Shown here: positions 14,501 through 27,713 of the stretch, in pieces
How positions within the stretch are numbered: position 1 is the first letter of the stretch
Layout of the letters: the number at the start of each line of letters is the position of its first letter
Source of the DNA: Schizosaccharomyces osmophilus
Taxonomy: Eukaryota
Direction of reading: 5' to 3'
NCBI RefSeq assembly: GCF_027921745.1
Contig: NC_079240.1
Coordinates: 186,001-250,000 of the forward strand
Length of the DNA stretch: 64,000 bases
Made by a program: the position numbers and the translations under genes
Notes under the pieces: generated by a model
What the model was told of the DNA's origin: nothing
Databases searched by the model: none
The model's input: the letters and a program-made list of their open reading frames with translations, nothing else

Positions 14501-15313
14501 ATTATCGGGTGGTGTAGCAGAGGCATGTTGAATGGATGATGATCTAGGATGACTAGTAGAGCGAGGTTTTGAGCGAGTATAACTGGGAAGTGTATTTGTT
14601 GCGGGAGTAGTCGACGCAGAGGAATTGTAAAAATTATTGTTGTCGACAGCTGGCATGACTGGATTCGACGAATTCAGCAATCCCCCAGCATTGGCATTTG
14701 ACAAAGCAGAAACATTTCCCATGTAATCGTTGTTGTAATGATACGGTGAATTGTAACCAGGGTACGCAGACTGCTGTTGCTGCAAAGAATGGATACTGGG
14801 GAGTCGAGAAGGAACATTCGGCATTCCAGGAGAAACCCCAGTAAGCGGTGGCATCTGAGAAACGTTTGATCCATAATCATAAGAAGTATTAGCTGGGTAC
14901 GATGGAATAGGTTGTGGAGGGAGACCACCCATGTAAGCAGCAGCCGAAGGTGCAGAAGGCATCAATCCGTAAGGATGATTCTGAGTGTTTGGCATCGTGT
15001 AAGGACTAGCCAAATTCGGGTTCGGATCACCTACCAACGATGGGTTGGAAGAACCATAGGAATAATAACCATAGTTCGGAATTTGGTAATGGTTACTTGC
15101 AGCAGTGGATACGTAAGGAGATTGGGGAGCATTTGAAGGGCTTGCTCCAGAAACATAAGGATGTTGAGAAGAGCCTACAGACGATAGGCCGGATGGCGAA
15201 GTACTAGCATAAGGAGCATTGAATCCTCCACCGGATGATGCAACTTCACCAGAAGGAGTCTGATCCTCTCCGAATTTTCGTTTTCTGTTGTCCGAAAGAT
15301 AATCTGGAAGCAT
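11528..15313 (-). CDS. fft2: SMARCAD1/Fun30-family SNF2 chromatin remodeller
   Basis: 1261-aa ORF with LADEMGLGKT, DEGH, LLTGTPLQN and QAEDRAHRVGQ helicase motifs; synteny favours fft2. Confidence 0.9.
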   Translation of the reverse strand: MLPDYLSDNRKRKFGEDQTPSGEVASSGGGFNAPYASTSPSGLSSVGSSQHPYVSGASPSNAPQSPYVSTAASNHYQIPNYGYYSYGSSNPSLVGDPNPNLASPYTMPNTQNHPYGLMPSAPSAAAYMGGLPPQPIPSYPANTSYDYGSNVSQMPPLTGVSPGMPNVPSRLPSIHSLQQQQSAYPGYNSPYHYNNDYMGNVSALSNANAGGLLNSSNPVMPAVDNNNFYNSSASTTPATNTLPSYTRSKPRSTSHPRSSSIQHASATPPDNTPSFSSPPIKTDASTKDPRKNPNYAMQCVQWIRSFIPQADIGTTINALAQNNWEETTALSVLSRQFLNHDVSAELQQHQAFTHGLPDFSSYIPKQETSNRTVQTQKRSIRDKYTQPSAGFPMIPAEEATPIPSYSRKPAKKPVEEDEFYDSGEESDVVVQKDTSALERTVLNFINVSSAKEISDTASCPLAHSKLLLEHRPFNSLTEASIIKHPDDIPSKPGRRGRRRPKIPMGQKIVNVCLETMEGYYAIDNLIARCEDLGKRISDGMASWGIKLKEASGELNIVDMDSLYNKPSYNANYPGFITEQPASLAPDVKLKSYQMIGVNWMNLLYRLGLSGILADEMGLGKTCQVVAFFALLLEQGRTGPHLVVVPSSTLENWLRELARFCPRLRVEPYYGSQQERANIREAIEENNVTYDILVTTYQLATSSKEDRSFLKHQNYDVCVYDEGHYLKNRMSERYKNLMNLTANFRLLLTGTPLQNNLKELVSLLAFILPNMFDSDMEDLDVIFKAKPTADADIEQALLSKQRISRAKTMMTPFVLRRRKAQVLGDLPQKSHHIEYCDLSAEQEKIYNRYAAVQKSQQLKREDKRPKKVKKDEENGENGKPASVGHTLMQLRKATNHALLFREHYDTDTLHKMAKDIMKEEQYKNANEQYIFEDMEIMSDFELHRLCCNFSTLQPYLLKDEPWMDSGKILKLKKMIPEMKQKGDRILLFSQFTQMLDILEQVLDSLKISYVRLDGSTQVETRQDIIDQFHREPDVTVFLLSTRAGGFGINLACANVVILYDCSYNPFDDLQAEDRAHRVGQMRDVRVIRLITKETVEEYIQRLANTKLALDMSLSSDGKDREELGERLVQDMFDKEDHDNEGDTETDNTKKIQTKEELQEDESKEEPKSIEPETTADATKLEITKQEEPSNNEDQVKPDEKKVEDNSSLNNPSSNITEAASSSNAIEEGKESDDTTSLATSEEKPSAAELSSQTAEEDHLKAV

Positions 15314-15877
15314 CTATTCTATAAGTTTACATTAACTCTTTTGTAACAGACAAAATACAAGAAATACACGGTTGACCTTTAGTTTGATCTTTTTGGTGGC
15401 AGTTTGCGGATGTACGCAAAAGCGAATAAAGTGGTTTAAACTAGCATCATAGGTTATCCGACGAGGAATAGTGAGCTATGTTAAATCATACCATGATGTA
15501 AATAAATAAACAAATACTAACTATTAAGAAAGAAAAAACAGACCAATTGTACTTAATGTAACTCATTCCAGACTTGAGAAACTAAGAGAGAGTAGGTTGT
15601 GTTTTGGAAGATTACTACCGAGGATTTTTTTATATATACAAACGAACAATTTTCATAGAAAGCTTTCAAAGTTAATTTTGTGGATGCAATTTCTGAAAGT
15701 AGTAACGACTCTGTTTTACAATTCAATAATTAGATATAGACTAGCGCAGAATTCCAAATAGCACGTAGAAAATCTTAAAAAAAGGTACTCTTAGCGTATC
15801 TCGTACCTTTCCTGCTTCTAAACGACCTAAGAGTGTCTGAAATTCACTAATAGCAATGTGGTTCCCATGAACACATC

Positions 15878-16434
15878 ATGTCAGAAAAAATGGAAAAAGA
15901 CAATTCTATTCAAACGTAAGTAATTAACATTTTAATGCTTATATTTAAGTAGCTGTACTGAAAATGTGGATTGAAAAGGCTCCTATCACTATGGTCAGGC
16001 AGGTTTTTTTTTTTTTTTTAAAAAGGGTCCTATAAGGAAGAGTTTACTAGAGATCAACTACTTTGTGAACGATCTTTAACCTGTGCTTTAATAAAGAATT
16101 GTTATTAACCTTAGATCAGGCATGTTTTAATGAAACTCATTGGATTTAGCATTGCTTTATTCACATTACCTTTGTTGACTTATTATTGGACTCTAAAGAA
16201 CTGGTTCTTGGGTATGAGTTTTACAATATTTCTATTTTGGCTAAAATGAATAACTAGAAGCCAAATAATAAGAGGTCAATGAAGTGTACTAACAATTCCC
16301 ATCTAGGCCAGGATACTTTTAAGGCAGGAATAGCAGCTGCTATCGTTGCGAACATTGTTGCGACTTTATATGTTTTGGTTGCATTTTGGGAGAAAGATGC
16401 TAGCTCACCAGAGCCCGTGAAAAAGCAGCAATGA
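15878..16434 (+). CDS. vma21: V-ATPase assembly factor Vma21 (exons 15878-15915, 16120-16211, 16307-16434); absent from the ORF track
   Basis: Spliced product ...HVLMKLIGFSIALFTLPLLTYY...AGIAAAIVANIVATLYVLVAFWE...KKQQ*: two TM helices and a KKxx ER-retrieval signal. Confidence 0.88.
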
Positions 16435-17290
16435 ATGAGTTGCTCACTTGGATTGCCGCTAGCAGCGGCTTCTGGTGGCAGAAACAATAATTCGCTTCAG
16501 AAAAAGTGACAGTAGAGAGCTCACTTGCGAAGATTCCTTTCAATTTCCTGCCTTCTTTTTTTTCTATGAGAAAGATGGCATACAAAAACTGACAGAAACT
16601 TTAGAAGAAGTCAATTCAATAAAGAGTGGATGGTGCTTAGGAATCAAGTATTGATTAATTTCTTTCATAGTTCTTCGTCTGGTTGGACTCTTTACATATA
16701 TGTTCCTCTATAAATTCAGGAAGTTCAAGTCGATCTCTGTGGGATTCAAGATTCAATGGAAGCTCTAAAATTAGTTATCATTAAGGAAAACTGGTTATAT
16801 TCGTATTGCATGACATTAATTACCCAGCTTGAATGAAGTTTTTACCAAACAACAAGTATAAAGTTTACTATTTGAGAACGATAAGGTGAACAAAATCATG
16901 AATTGCTTCAACTTTTTTTTTAAAAAAGGAGAAAGGGATATGAAACGTCAAACAGAAGCACTTGAAATTGCATTCTTCTTGAATCAGCTTTATTTGTAAA
17001 TACATGGTGTCCACATACTGAACGTCCTTTTTTCTTTATTACATTATATACATATGAATATAGCTAATATTATGTTTATCTCATGAAGGAACTGAAAGTA
17101 GTTTGAAAATTCGCTTTTCACATAAACCCTTGCATACCAATCCTTCCTTCATCACATCAAAACTGACTTGTACCTCAATATTTAAACATTGGTAAATTCA
17201 GCGTGATTTGTAACCCTTCAACTAAACTGTTGCACAGATTTTCTGTTAAATTACAATTAATCTATACTCCTTGGATAATAATAGGAAAAC

Positions 17291-18117
17291 ATGTCATCTG
17301 CAGCTGAACAAGCAAGATTACGCAGAGAGCGTCGCATGGAAAAAATTCGACAAGGAGGAAACTCTAGAATTGATAAAATTATGGGCCAGGAATCTAAAAT
17401 AGACGAGCAAGCAACTTCTAATGACACTGTTTCTGAAGATATTGCTTCTCCTTCCTTTCAGTCAAATGTGAAAGCCGAACAAGTCCCTACTACAGACTTG
17501 AAGATTCCAAAAGGAGATACTAACGACCCAATTAATTTACATAATCTTGTAAGTTCGCCCTTCAATTTGCAAAGCGACACTCCAACCAATGGTCCCCCCG
17601 AGAACATGTTCGCTGAAAATCCCGATTTCGCCAAGTTTTTCCAAGCTCTTATGGAGTCTTCCAAAGAAGATAGCAATGGGCAATTTGAAAGACCCGATGC
17701 AGCTGTCAATAACAATGCTGCTCCTGTGGATAATAACAGAACCCTCCCATTGCGTAAATATGTCCACTTATCCTTCGTTGTTGCTATTGTTTGTTTCTGC
17801 TACTTCCGTCGATTGGTATGTGTTAAAATATTCGTTTTTGTTTTCCTAATATATGCTAACTACAACTATAGCCTTTGCTTCCTTGGATGTTTACTGTTGA
17901 AGCATGTCTATTCTCTATGCGCTTGTTTGTGGAAAGAAATAATCCTTCCTCTTCTTCATTATTAATGACGGTGGCTTCTCAGTTGCCGGCTCCTTATGCG
18001 TCTATGATTAAATACACTGCAAACTATGCTTCCTTAGTATCCCAGTTGATTACTGATGCATGCGTAGCGATTTTCGTGATAGGAATATGTTGCTATACAA
18101 GTCCTTCTCTAATATAA
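17291..18117 (+). CDS. get2: GET complex subunit Get2/Sif1 (exons 17291-17815, 17872-18117)
   Basis: N-terminal AEQARLRRERRMEKI...RIDKI Get2/CAML motif and three C-terminal TM segments. Confidence 0.85.
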
Positions 18118-18772
18118 TGACGGCGGATGAAAAAGAACAATGATTGAAGTTGCGGGAAAAAGAGTTCACGATAATTTTTAAAGTTTTTTTATTTTATTTT
18201 TTTTAACAGAGCCTTTAGTGAAAAAGGAAAATTAACTGAACTGATAAATATATATATATATTCCCTGTTTTCCTTGAACGATTTCATCGCGAGTTACGGT
18301 CGGTACTGAATTCAAATTAGCTAGCTAGTTGTTTGTTTTAACGTGTTTAAAATGAATATGAACATTGAACTTTCAAAATATTTTTAACAACATGAATGCC
18401 TTCTCATTATGACTGAATAATCGTGCAGTTTCCGTCGAAAAGAAATCACGATTTTCACAAATTTGTTTCGTAAATCCTAATTAACGCTTTTAAATGCAGG
18501 CATGTCTTCCCATAAACGAAACATATAGCGTAATTTTACTCTTGTCTTCAAATACTTGTAAAACTTTGAAATTTTGTGAATTGGCCTTGCAGCTCTTATT
18601 ATTTACTCTCTTTGAGAATACAACCGAATCTTACGAAAAAAAACGCAAAAGCTCTGGGAATGTCAGTTTCAGCAGAGTAATTTGCCAAGAATCGTAGATT
18701 AAAGAAAAAAAAAACAATTTAGAAGGAAAGGTTAGCTTCGCTAAGTCAGATTTCAGGTTTGAGTGGAAAAAC

Positions 18773-19771
18773 ATGAAAAGAAGCGTACGAGCGATACATA
18801 AGGAAGAGATTCATAAGAAATGGCGTCCTTTATCAGAAAAGCAGCATGAAGAAATAATGATTGTTCTTCGAACCTGTGCTAGGTAAGCAACTTTAGAGAT
18901 CTGCCGTTTTCTTCAAACTTTAGAATGAACCAGTATACTTCTAACGGATAACCACATTTTCTTCTGTTGTTATTTTTAAAAAAATTTATGAAGGAAACAT
19001 GGCTATCTTATGTCTTGGTTTTGAATTTGCAAACTAACCTATTACCCTTAGACTAGTATTGAACGGCATCAAATCCGAGCATAGAAAAACTACAGCAGAA
19101 GGATGGATGCTAGAATGCTTAAGAAGGATGAATCAGTCACTCAAGGCATTGCCCGTTCCTCCTAGTAAATTTGGCAGCGGTGCCTTTTCTCAAGTATTGA
19201 CTGCCAATGTATGCTGCTTAAGACCGATGTGCTTTTTGTACTTATTAACTGTTGTATAGAATCAATTAGAGCGACAGTTATATGGTGACCTGGATCATAT
19301 TCACCTGCTTCAAAAAGAGCTAGACATAGAAAGCATGAGATTGGAGCAAGAACAAAAAGCTTACGAGCAAATGAAGCAGAATCTTTCTACAAACCAAACA
19401 AGATCACGGAATATGAAAAACAAGGCATGTAAACCCTTTTCTCCTATATTAATCCGGCTTAACTGCTTAAATACTAACCTAACTAGTTACATCCTCTTTT
19501 GAAATCTTCCTCTACAGAGCCTTCGCTGAGCAATAATGCAAATTTAGAGAACAGCGATATACCAGGTTTATTATTCTCCAGTGGAAAGGCCTCGGAAACC
19601 AAAGCCGAAACTAAATACAACAAAAAGCTACAACCATTTATGAGGACTTTACATCGGCATACAAGTCAAACAGTTCAATTAAGTCAAAAGGTACAAAAAG
19701 CTACTCTATTACTCCAGAAGATTCAACAACAATTACCTGTTGGCCAACCGCAAACAAAACGTCCATCATAA
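18773..19771 (+). CDS. fta7: CENP-Q-like kinetochore protein (exons 18773-18882, 19052-19208, 19260-19424, 19487-19771)
   Basis: KKWRPLS, LPVPP, coiled coil and KLHPLL segments typical of CENP-Q; synteny. Confidence 0.75.
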
Positions 19772-21009
19772 CGGTTTTTATTTATACCTCTTTTTTGAGA
19801 ATCAAAGAGATGGCCGGAAAGACACTTTTGTTGCAGTTTAAATTTAGAAATGGCCCTGAACTAATGTAAACCCAAAAACTGGATTTACAGCTCATCTACT
19901 CTCAGCACTCAGACTAATCACCTCGTCATTAATAATTCTCACACAAAGTGAGACGACAAGCCAACTTAATGGAGTGCTTGGTTAAAGAAGGAAAGGTTTC
20001 ACATGAGCTGCTACTAGTTTCTCCCTACAAGCAGTTAGGGTAGGGTAAGACGAAAAAGTTAAGATCGATTATAATGAGCATAAGTTAGGGAGAGACAATG
20101 CTTTTTGAGAGCTAGTTTTCTATGCGATTTGCTTGAGGCTTTTCAGATAATCTCGTTGGCCAAGTTCAATGCCTTCTATTTCACAAGCAAGGCTTTCGTT
20201 GAACACAAGCTTTCCCAGACTATTGTTAGCGAAACCCTCACTTTTAATTTCCTAACTTCGTTTTCCTAAAAAAGAAGCAACTTTTCAAAGAAACCTCTGT
20301 GTTTGTTATGAAGTAATGGACGATCCATAGTAGTTGTTACTTTGGTATGCCAATTGAAGCAAAGTTTGAAAATGTAAAACTCATTAACGGGCACGAAGTT
20401 TGAGAGAATTGCTAAAATCATTGACAGGTTGAAAAAATGCATTTTCCAATATTCAGATATTACAGATACTGTTTGGTTTAGAACTTGTATTTATCAAGCA
20501 TTTGCACCATGAGAACGAAGCATAACCAACATACAAAATTACTGTATTCTGCACGTTCTGTTCGTGGACAACAATAATTTTTTGCAAGATTTTGCAAATC
20601 GCTGACAAGGCAGCTTTCTTTTTAGTATATTTATTTATTATAGATCGACCCATCTGCTTCTACTTCGTAACCTCTACTTTTTTAACCGGTTACCAACGCA
20701 TATTGAACTAGAAAAAAAAAGAAATTAATAAAGTTTTTTTCTATATCACTACAACGAATAACCCGTATTAAAGAAGATCGCCAATGTATCTAAGCGGGCC
20801 TTTTGTGACTATAACGGTTCACCTGTGAGTTATATACAATTCAATGGATTCTTGAGAAAACTCATTATAACACAGACTTTTCATTTTGCTTGATAATAGA
20901 TTGTATTAAGGATTAAATCTTATTGCTACAGTTAGACCAATAGTGGTAGAAATAATAAAAAAAGAGACTACATAAATTGTTGGTTTTGGGATTCGAACTT
21001 AACGTCATT

Positions 21010-22798
21010 ATGGATACAAATCAGATTAATTATATTATTTGGAGATATTTGCAGGAATCAGGTAAATCTTTTTGGATTTGTTTATATAGACGAATTATAT
21101 TTTGACCCGAGAAAAGTAATCACTAACAGTTCAGGTTATTCACATACGCAGTTTGCATTTGAACATGAAACGAATGTTCAAAATTCGGACAAGGATTGGG
21201 GCCTGACCTGTCCTGTCGGAAGGCTTGTTGAAGTTTTACAAAAAGGTTTACAGTATACGGAAATAGAGCAGCATTGGATTGAAAATCCACCTCCAAGAGT
21301 TAAAGACGAGACTATAACTCAGGAAGATATACAAAACACTGAACATCCTTGCAGAAATGATTTTCTATTAACGGTTCCTCATTCCTGTTACGAGCGCAAT
21401 GTTGATAATGGTGAAGGGGCAGACGCAAATGGAACCGAAAGACATAAGCATTCAGAATTAGCAGACGCTTCCAAGACCGAAGGAGATGTTGAACATACCC
21501 CAGAAATCCATATGAAAGGTCACATAGCTGAAGTTCCCTCAAATGAACCTTCGGTGGTTACAGAAGAAAAGTCAGCTGTGAACCCCAATACTGTCAACCA
21601 AGAAAGTACTCAATTGGCAGAACCCTCTATGGATGAATCATTATCGATTACAGATACCTTGTCAATGAGACATGCTGTAACCTGTGCCGATTGGCAGCCT
21701 ACCGATTCTGAAAGATTCGTTGTAGGAATGATGAACGCTGATTTGAGCATTTGCAAACTGGGTGCCGACCCTAAAACCTTTTATGGATCCAATATTGAAA
21801 GTCAAGATGTTACTTGTATTGCATGGAATGTAAGGAAGTGTTCTGACAGTTTAAATTTAAGCGGTAGCTAACTAGACAGCATACTGGGTCATACTTTGCA
21901 TGTTCCTTTTTTAATGGCTCTATCGAAATATTTAATGATTATGGCTCTCAACAGATCATCCTTCAAGAAACTGAAAGCCCTGTGTTGACGCTTAAATGGA
22001 GTGAAACCGACACATACATAGCGGCAGGATCCGCTGATGGTCGCGTTGTATTGTATGATTGTTTAACGCGTTCACTTGTATACTTGGCCGACACGTATTC
22101 TTCTATATTGGAAATTGAATGGATTTCTGTAGATACTTTTGTCATTGCTGATGCTGACGGAAATATGAAAATGCTTAACGTTCGGAGCAGGAATCCAGTC
22201 TTTAATGTCGTAAAGGCACATGAAGAGTCCATTTTGTCTTTACATTATCATCCACAATTTTTGCTATTAATATCTTCTTCTAGCGATGCTACCGTAAAGG
22301 TATGTTTATAATAATAGGAATTCCGCTAATTTTTAGTTATGGTCCCAGTCAAATTCTGAGTCACTGCAGTGTATGCACACCTTTCCTTTCAATTCTCCTA
22401 TCGAATGTGTCGGCTGGAACGAAGGAAGCGGGTCTCCTATTTTTGCAATAGCTTCCAACAGCATTGCCAGTTTATATAATGCTATTTCTTTACAACAACT
22501 CTCCGTATGTATGAGACATGCTTCTCCAATAACCGCGATTTCTTTCAGCAACAATGGACGATTGCTAGCAACGGGTGACTCAATCGGAAGTGTTTGCATA
22601 TGGGACTGTAAATTAAGTAACTTAGTTCAAGAGCTGGTTCCTAAAAATTCATCAGTGGCTACTCTTGCGAATAATCAAGCTGACGAACAAATTATTTTTA
22701 TTAAGTGGAGCCCTGATGATAAGCATTTAATAATTGGAAAACAAAAGCACGAGCTTGCGGTTTCTGCAGTCAGTGACAAGAAAATTGATTTGGATTAA
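21010..22798 (+). CDS. hif2: LisH + WD40 Set3-complex subunit (Sif2/TBL1-like), four exons
   Basis: MDTNQINYIIWRYLQESG|YSHTQFAFEHE LisH motif, VEVLQKGLQY, multiple WD repeats; GT-AG introns at ~21062, ~21830 and ~22300. Confidence 0.88.
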
Positions 22799-22949
22799 TG
22801 ATTTTATTGTTAAATAAATTTACTTGGGTTTTTATCTCGTTAATTATACGTGGTACTATCCTTTCATTATATTTTCCATAAATTACTAATAAATATAAGC
22901 GCCTTTCGCAAAATCATTAAATATCATAAGCACAGGTAGAAGTAATATT

Positions 22950-25507
22950 TTAAAGAGGAGTTGCATTAACTGGCGTAATCTGGGAAAAAATTGTTGGTTT
23001 GTTCGAAGAGTATTGTTGCACTTTAGCATTTTCTTGTCTAACAATTTCAACCATTTTTCGTATCGTTCCCCGATCGAGATCAGTCCTATTTGTGAGAATC
23101 ACCTCCACCAAAGACAATGGGGCATCCCAATAAGATTCTTTAAGAAGACGGAAGTATTCTGCAACACTCCTTAATTCTGCATCTAACATCCCGAGGAGCA
23201 ATTTTTCTATGGGTTCAAAGGTAGCCTTCAAGTGCTCAGCAGCCATATATTCACCAAAGGCACGAATAGCAAGAGCCACATCAGATCGTATTTGCTGAAT
23301 AGCACTAGGACCTTCGAATGTAACTCCTTTATTATAAATTCCACGAAGATAATTGATCGTGAGGGCGTTAGAAGATTCAAGCAAGAAAACATCGAATAAA
23401 CCAGGTACCATATGTTCTATGCAATCTACAATGTAATCTCTAAATGTATCAACAATTAACTTCATGTTACTCGATTGATACCATCCAGGATGGAATAAAG
23501 TAGCAAGAGCAGGCTTCACATCGTTGCTGATGATTTCAACGATTTCATTTACACCGATGTCGCTAAGCAAAATGAATCCATCTACCGTTTTACCGAAAGA
23601 TTCACGAAGGTCTTCTTCGCGGCTATCGGTTGCCAATTCAATTGTACGCAAAAGCGTGTTGTCCATGAAACCTGCACATTTTAGGTTGTCATTGGCAAGA
23701 GCCAACAAATACTCCATTAGTCCCGGAGGAGTATTGGAAGTATCTGATAGATGTTTGTGTAGTTCTGTTCTCATCACGGTCTTCCAGTGCTCTTGCATCG
23801 CCTGCATTACATACATAATAGATCGTAAAACGGTACTAACAACCTCTGGATTATTTGTTTGGGAAATGATGTTGACCTGTTGTGTAATCATTTGGAAGAA
23901 AATAATAGTTCCTTGAATACCATAGTTTCCGTCGCTGTCCAGCTCTGGTTCACTCTCACGTTTAATGAAGGCCTCAACGCTACTTTGGAATAATTTATCA
24001 GACCATTCTTGGATTTTCTGAGTAAAAAGCCTGGTATATTCTTTTACTAATACTCCATTGCTTCCATCTTCTAGTAAAGGTTGAATTTCGTCAGCGGAAA
24101 ATGGAGCATGTTCTTGGTAAAACGCTCGATATTCTTTGTGAAAGTTAATTAGATACAAAAAGATTGCAGCTGGGGTATCAGAAGAAATGGAATCTCTTAC
24201 AAGATTTACGAGGCATTGCTGGTAAATATTAGCAAACACCTTGGCAAGATCGAAGGATGGAGAAGCAAGCTCTGGAAGAACCTGAAATGCATATTGCAAA
24301 TCGTCAAATATCCATTCTAACTCGAGATCCGATTGCTGAGTAACAAAACTCGACCAAGCTTGATGAAATCGTTCGGCGACCGACGCTTGGAAAATCTCTT
24401 TTGCCTCAGACCAAAAGTTCCGAAGCTGACGCGAGCTACCTTGAAGGTTCATGAACGGAGCTTCGTTCGCATCGGTGAGGTTTGATTGAGCATTTCTAAT
24501 GCTCTTTAGCATTTCGTCTGAAGCTTCTTCAGCTTCAATGATTTTAAACACTCGGACAATCGTTTTGGTGTTGCCGACTTTTAAAAGTTCAAACAAATTA
24601 CTGCAAAAGTTTAAAATCAGTCGATCAACCTTTTCAGAAAGAGCATTTAAGTTAGAGAAAGATGACTGTAGAGTGGTAGACGCGTCGTTCCTACTCTCTA
24701 ATGAAGCTTGGTACATGGCATCATCTCGAAAAGTACGAAGTTTAGTAAGTTTGTAGTGCGCTTTAAGCAAGTTAGGCATGGTGGGATCCTGTTCCAAATC
24801 TTCTCGAATCATATCTTCAATGATGTCGGTTTCCTGCATCAGATTTTGAAGCTGCACAATCATTTGCCGAGTAGCATAGCAATTTTTGTAAATACGAGAA
24901 ACTTCGCTGATAAGAGGAAATTGCTCTACCATTTTGTGAGCCATCGTGCATAAAGATCGCATCTAAGAAACCTTAGTCAGTAAACCCGTTTACTACAAAG
25001 AACCATTTATTCCAGTCGAACGGCTTTGATAAAAACAAAGCTGTTAATTTAGCAAGAAAAACAGCCAGAACAAATGGTTTTCAGTACCGTACATGATTAA
25101 GTTCATTAAGTAGTTTTTGACGTTTTAAATGAGAATCATGAAGGGCGATCTTTCCTCTCTTGAAATAGAATTAGACAAAGCAACATTCAGTAAAGGTGGG
25201 CAAATTCATTACCTGCAAACTCTCTGTATGTTTTTCAAGCTCCGTTTTGACGTGTAAGTCAAACGTATCTTTTTCTCGCTCAAATTTTTCGACATGGGAC
25301 GAAAGCTTGTATAAATCCTAGACAGTCAGCCACGGTTCTCGATTTTGTTATTTTATTTCAGATTTTACCTCGCTTTGCCGCAGGATATCGGCTACTCTAT
25401 ATAGACAAGACTGTTAAAACAACTGAAACACCAATAGGAAAGGAGCGGTTGCTCATTAACTAAGCATACTTATTATAAACAAGTTCATCAGAAGAAGCTA
25501 AAGACAT
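22950..25507 (-). CDS. sec6: Exocyst subunit Sec6 (several short 5' exons plus the long exon ending at 22950)
   Basis: 670-aa helical ORF with Sec6-like NDNLKCAGF/YWDAPLSLVE; upstream ATG 25507 with intron signals; synteny. Confidence 0.85.
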
Positions 25508-26207
25508 TTCGCTGGAAACGAAGAAACCGCTTTGTTTACGTTGTTGACTCTGAAGTGGCCGTTTACATTTAGCGAGCTGCGCACAAATTCCATAACTAAA
25601 CATATGAAAATGGAACATATCGCAAAATGATCAACAAAGGAAAAAAATGAAAAAACAAAGCCATTCGCTAGCGTAGAAGCATGCCAAAGTAAAGTGTTCT
25701 ATTATATTCTACTCTAATTTATTTTTTGTCTTCTATGGAAGAGATATTTTGCAGGCTCAAAGATTCACCGTTTTCTCAATCCAAGCTTTTCAGGTAAGGA
25801 ACACTGAACAAAGGAAATCGTCGATTGAATGAAAGGGAAGTCTCGAAACTACACAGTTCATTTTGTAAATTAAACGGTGTACCTTAGAAAACGTAGAAAA
25901 ACGAAGACTCATTGCTTGCTTGCTCTTCTTTCTCTGTTTACTAAGGTACACCGTTTATTCTTTTTTCAACTACGATGGAATGCACTATCCAAGAAAGATG
26001 AGAAAAATCTCTTTTGGTATTGTGGCTGTGAAAATAGTCTTTTTACTTTAAATTTTTCATTGCATTAAGCTGCTCATTTCTTTTACTCACTCGAAAATTT
26101 TTGGTTAGCATCGCACTGATTTTATCTTCTTGTCAATCACACTCTTTGTAGTAAGTACTTATACCCGGAAACCCAAAGGAAACCACCAACTACTAGTAAC
26201 TTTGAAA

Positions 26208-27062
26208 ATGTAAGGAATTTTGTGAGTTATGGAAGCTAATGACACCGAATTATAGGAATGCCCCCGAAAAGTTGAGTCAAAAGGCCTCACAGAATGTAAT
26301 GAAGCGCTTTGGTGTATGGCTTAAAAGCCCAGACTTTCGTAGATATTTGATGAGTACCCAGTACGTTTAAATACACAGCATGACTGAAAATTTAGTAGAA
26401 TCCATCGTCTTCCGGGGGTTTTGGCTGAATTTGTCGTTGATCGCATTGCTGAATTCAATTTGCTAACCCAAATCCTAATAGTTTCTGGGGACCTTTATCG
26501 AACTTTGGTATTCCTATTGCTGCTATTTTGGATTTGAAAAAGGACCCTAAATTGATTTCTGGACAGATGACTTCTGGTATGTGGCTTGAAGTCGTGTGCG
26601 AACGAATTGTGGATGGGCGAATACATGTCCTCCTATACTTGTTTCTATCGACGCCGTTTTTGAAAATGCTTGATAAGAACAACTTGCTGACTTGCTTTTA
26701 GCTCTTGTTGCCTATTCTGCTGTTTTTATGCGTTATGCCTGGGTATGGAAATTTGGTTGAATCGAATTTGATTTGATCTGTATTTCGATTTAAAATAATT
26801 TTGCTTACATTTTCTCTGATTAGATGGTAAGCCCCAGAAACTATCTTTTGTTGGGCTGTCACGCTTTTAACTGTACCGTACAAAGTGTCCAAGGACTCCG
26901 TTTTGTCAACCATTGGTAGTATGTAAAATGCTGATGATTTATTTAAAAAAAAAAAAAAAAAAAGATATGCTAACAATATTCATTAGTGGATATGGTGACC
27001 AAAGCTCTGTTGTCGAAAATGTAGTGAAGGCTGCTAAGAAGGAAAAACCTGTTAGAGACTAA
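26208..27062 (+). CDS. mpc1: Mitochondrial pyruvate carrier subunit 1 (multi-exon; start codon split by intron 26210-26255)
   Basis: Spliced [10 protein letters not shown]...[31 protein letters not shown]...[10 protein letters not shown]...[13 protein letters not shown] signature. Confidence 0.92.
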
Positions 27063-27713
27063 ATTCACAAACCATCTTTATCATTTTTTTTTTATTTTCA
27101 TGCTGCTTTCCTTAATCGTATTTATTACCTTTAAGGATAAGCTTGTATGCTAGGATTTAATCCATTTGATCTGGTTCTACGATTTCGTATAACGTTAACA
27201 GAAATGAGTCAAAGTGTATATTTCTATGAAATTTAAATTAATTTCAGGATTTTCCCATCTTTTCTTTGTCGTGCTTTTGATTCTGAATTAATAGCTACCT
27301 ATAACTGCGTATTTGCTTTTAATTTATAAATCACATTTTGGTTTCAGTCAAGCATTTACACGTTATTATCGTCAAACTAAAAAGGAGATGATATAAAATG
27401 GTTTTCGATTCATTAAATTACAATATCAAAGTATATACACTACACCCAAGAAAGTACCTCTATCCAAAGGTCGAGTAATTCAAGAACAAAAATATCAAAA
27501 TGCTGAATGTTTAAAATTAGTTTAGTTGATTATCAGGGCATGAAGCTGAAATGAAAGACATGTTTGTTGTAAAATATAAGAAAATAGTCCATGAGGTAAA
27601 AAGAGCTAAGCTCCAATAGCAAAAAAGGTGAAAAGTATCAAAAAGAAAAAAAGTCTATCACACAGATATAGGATTAGGAATGTTAAATTGTTGTAAGAGT
27701 AAAGAAAGAAGTA

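Noticed and set aside
16254..16585. Minus-strand ORFs of 77 and 61 aa
   Set aside because: Antisense to vma21 exon 3
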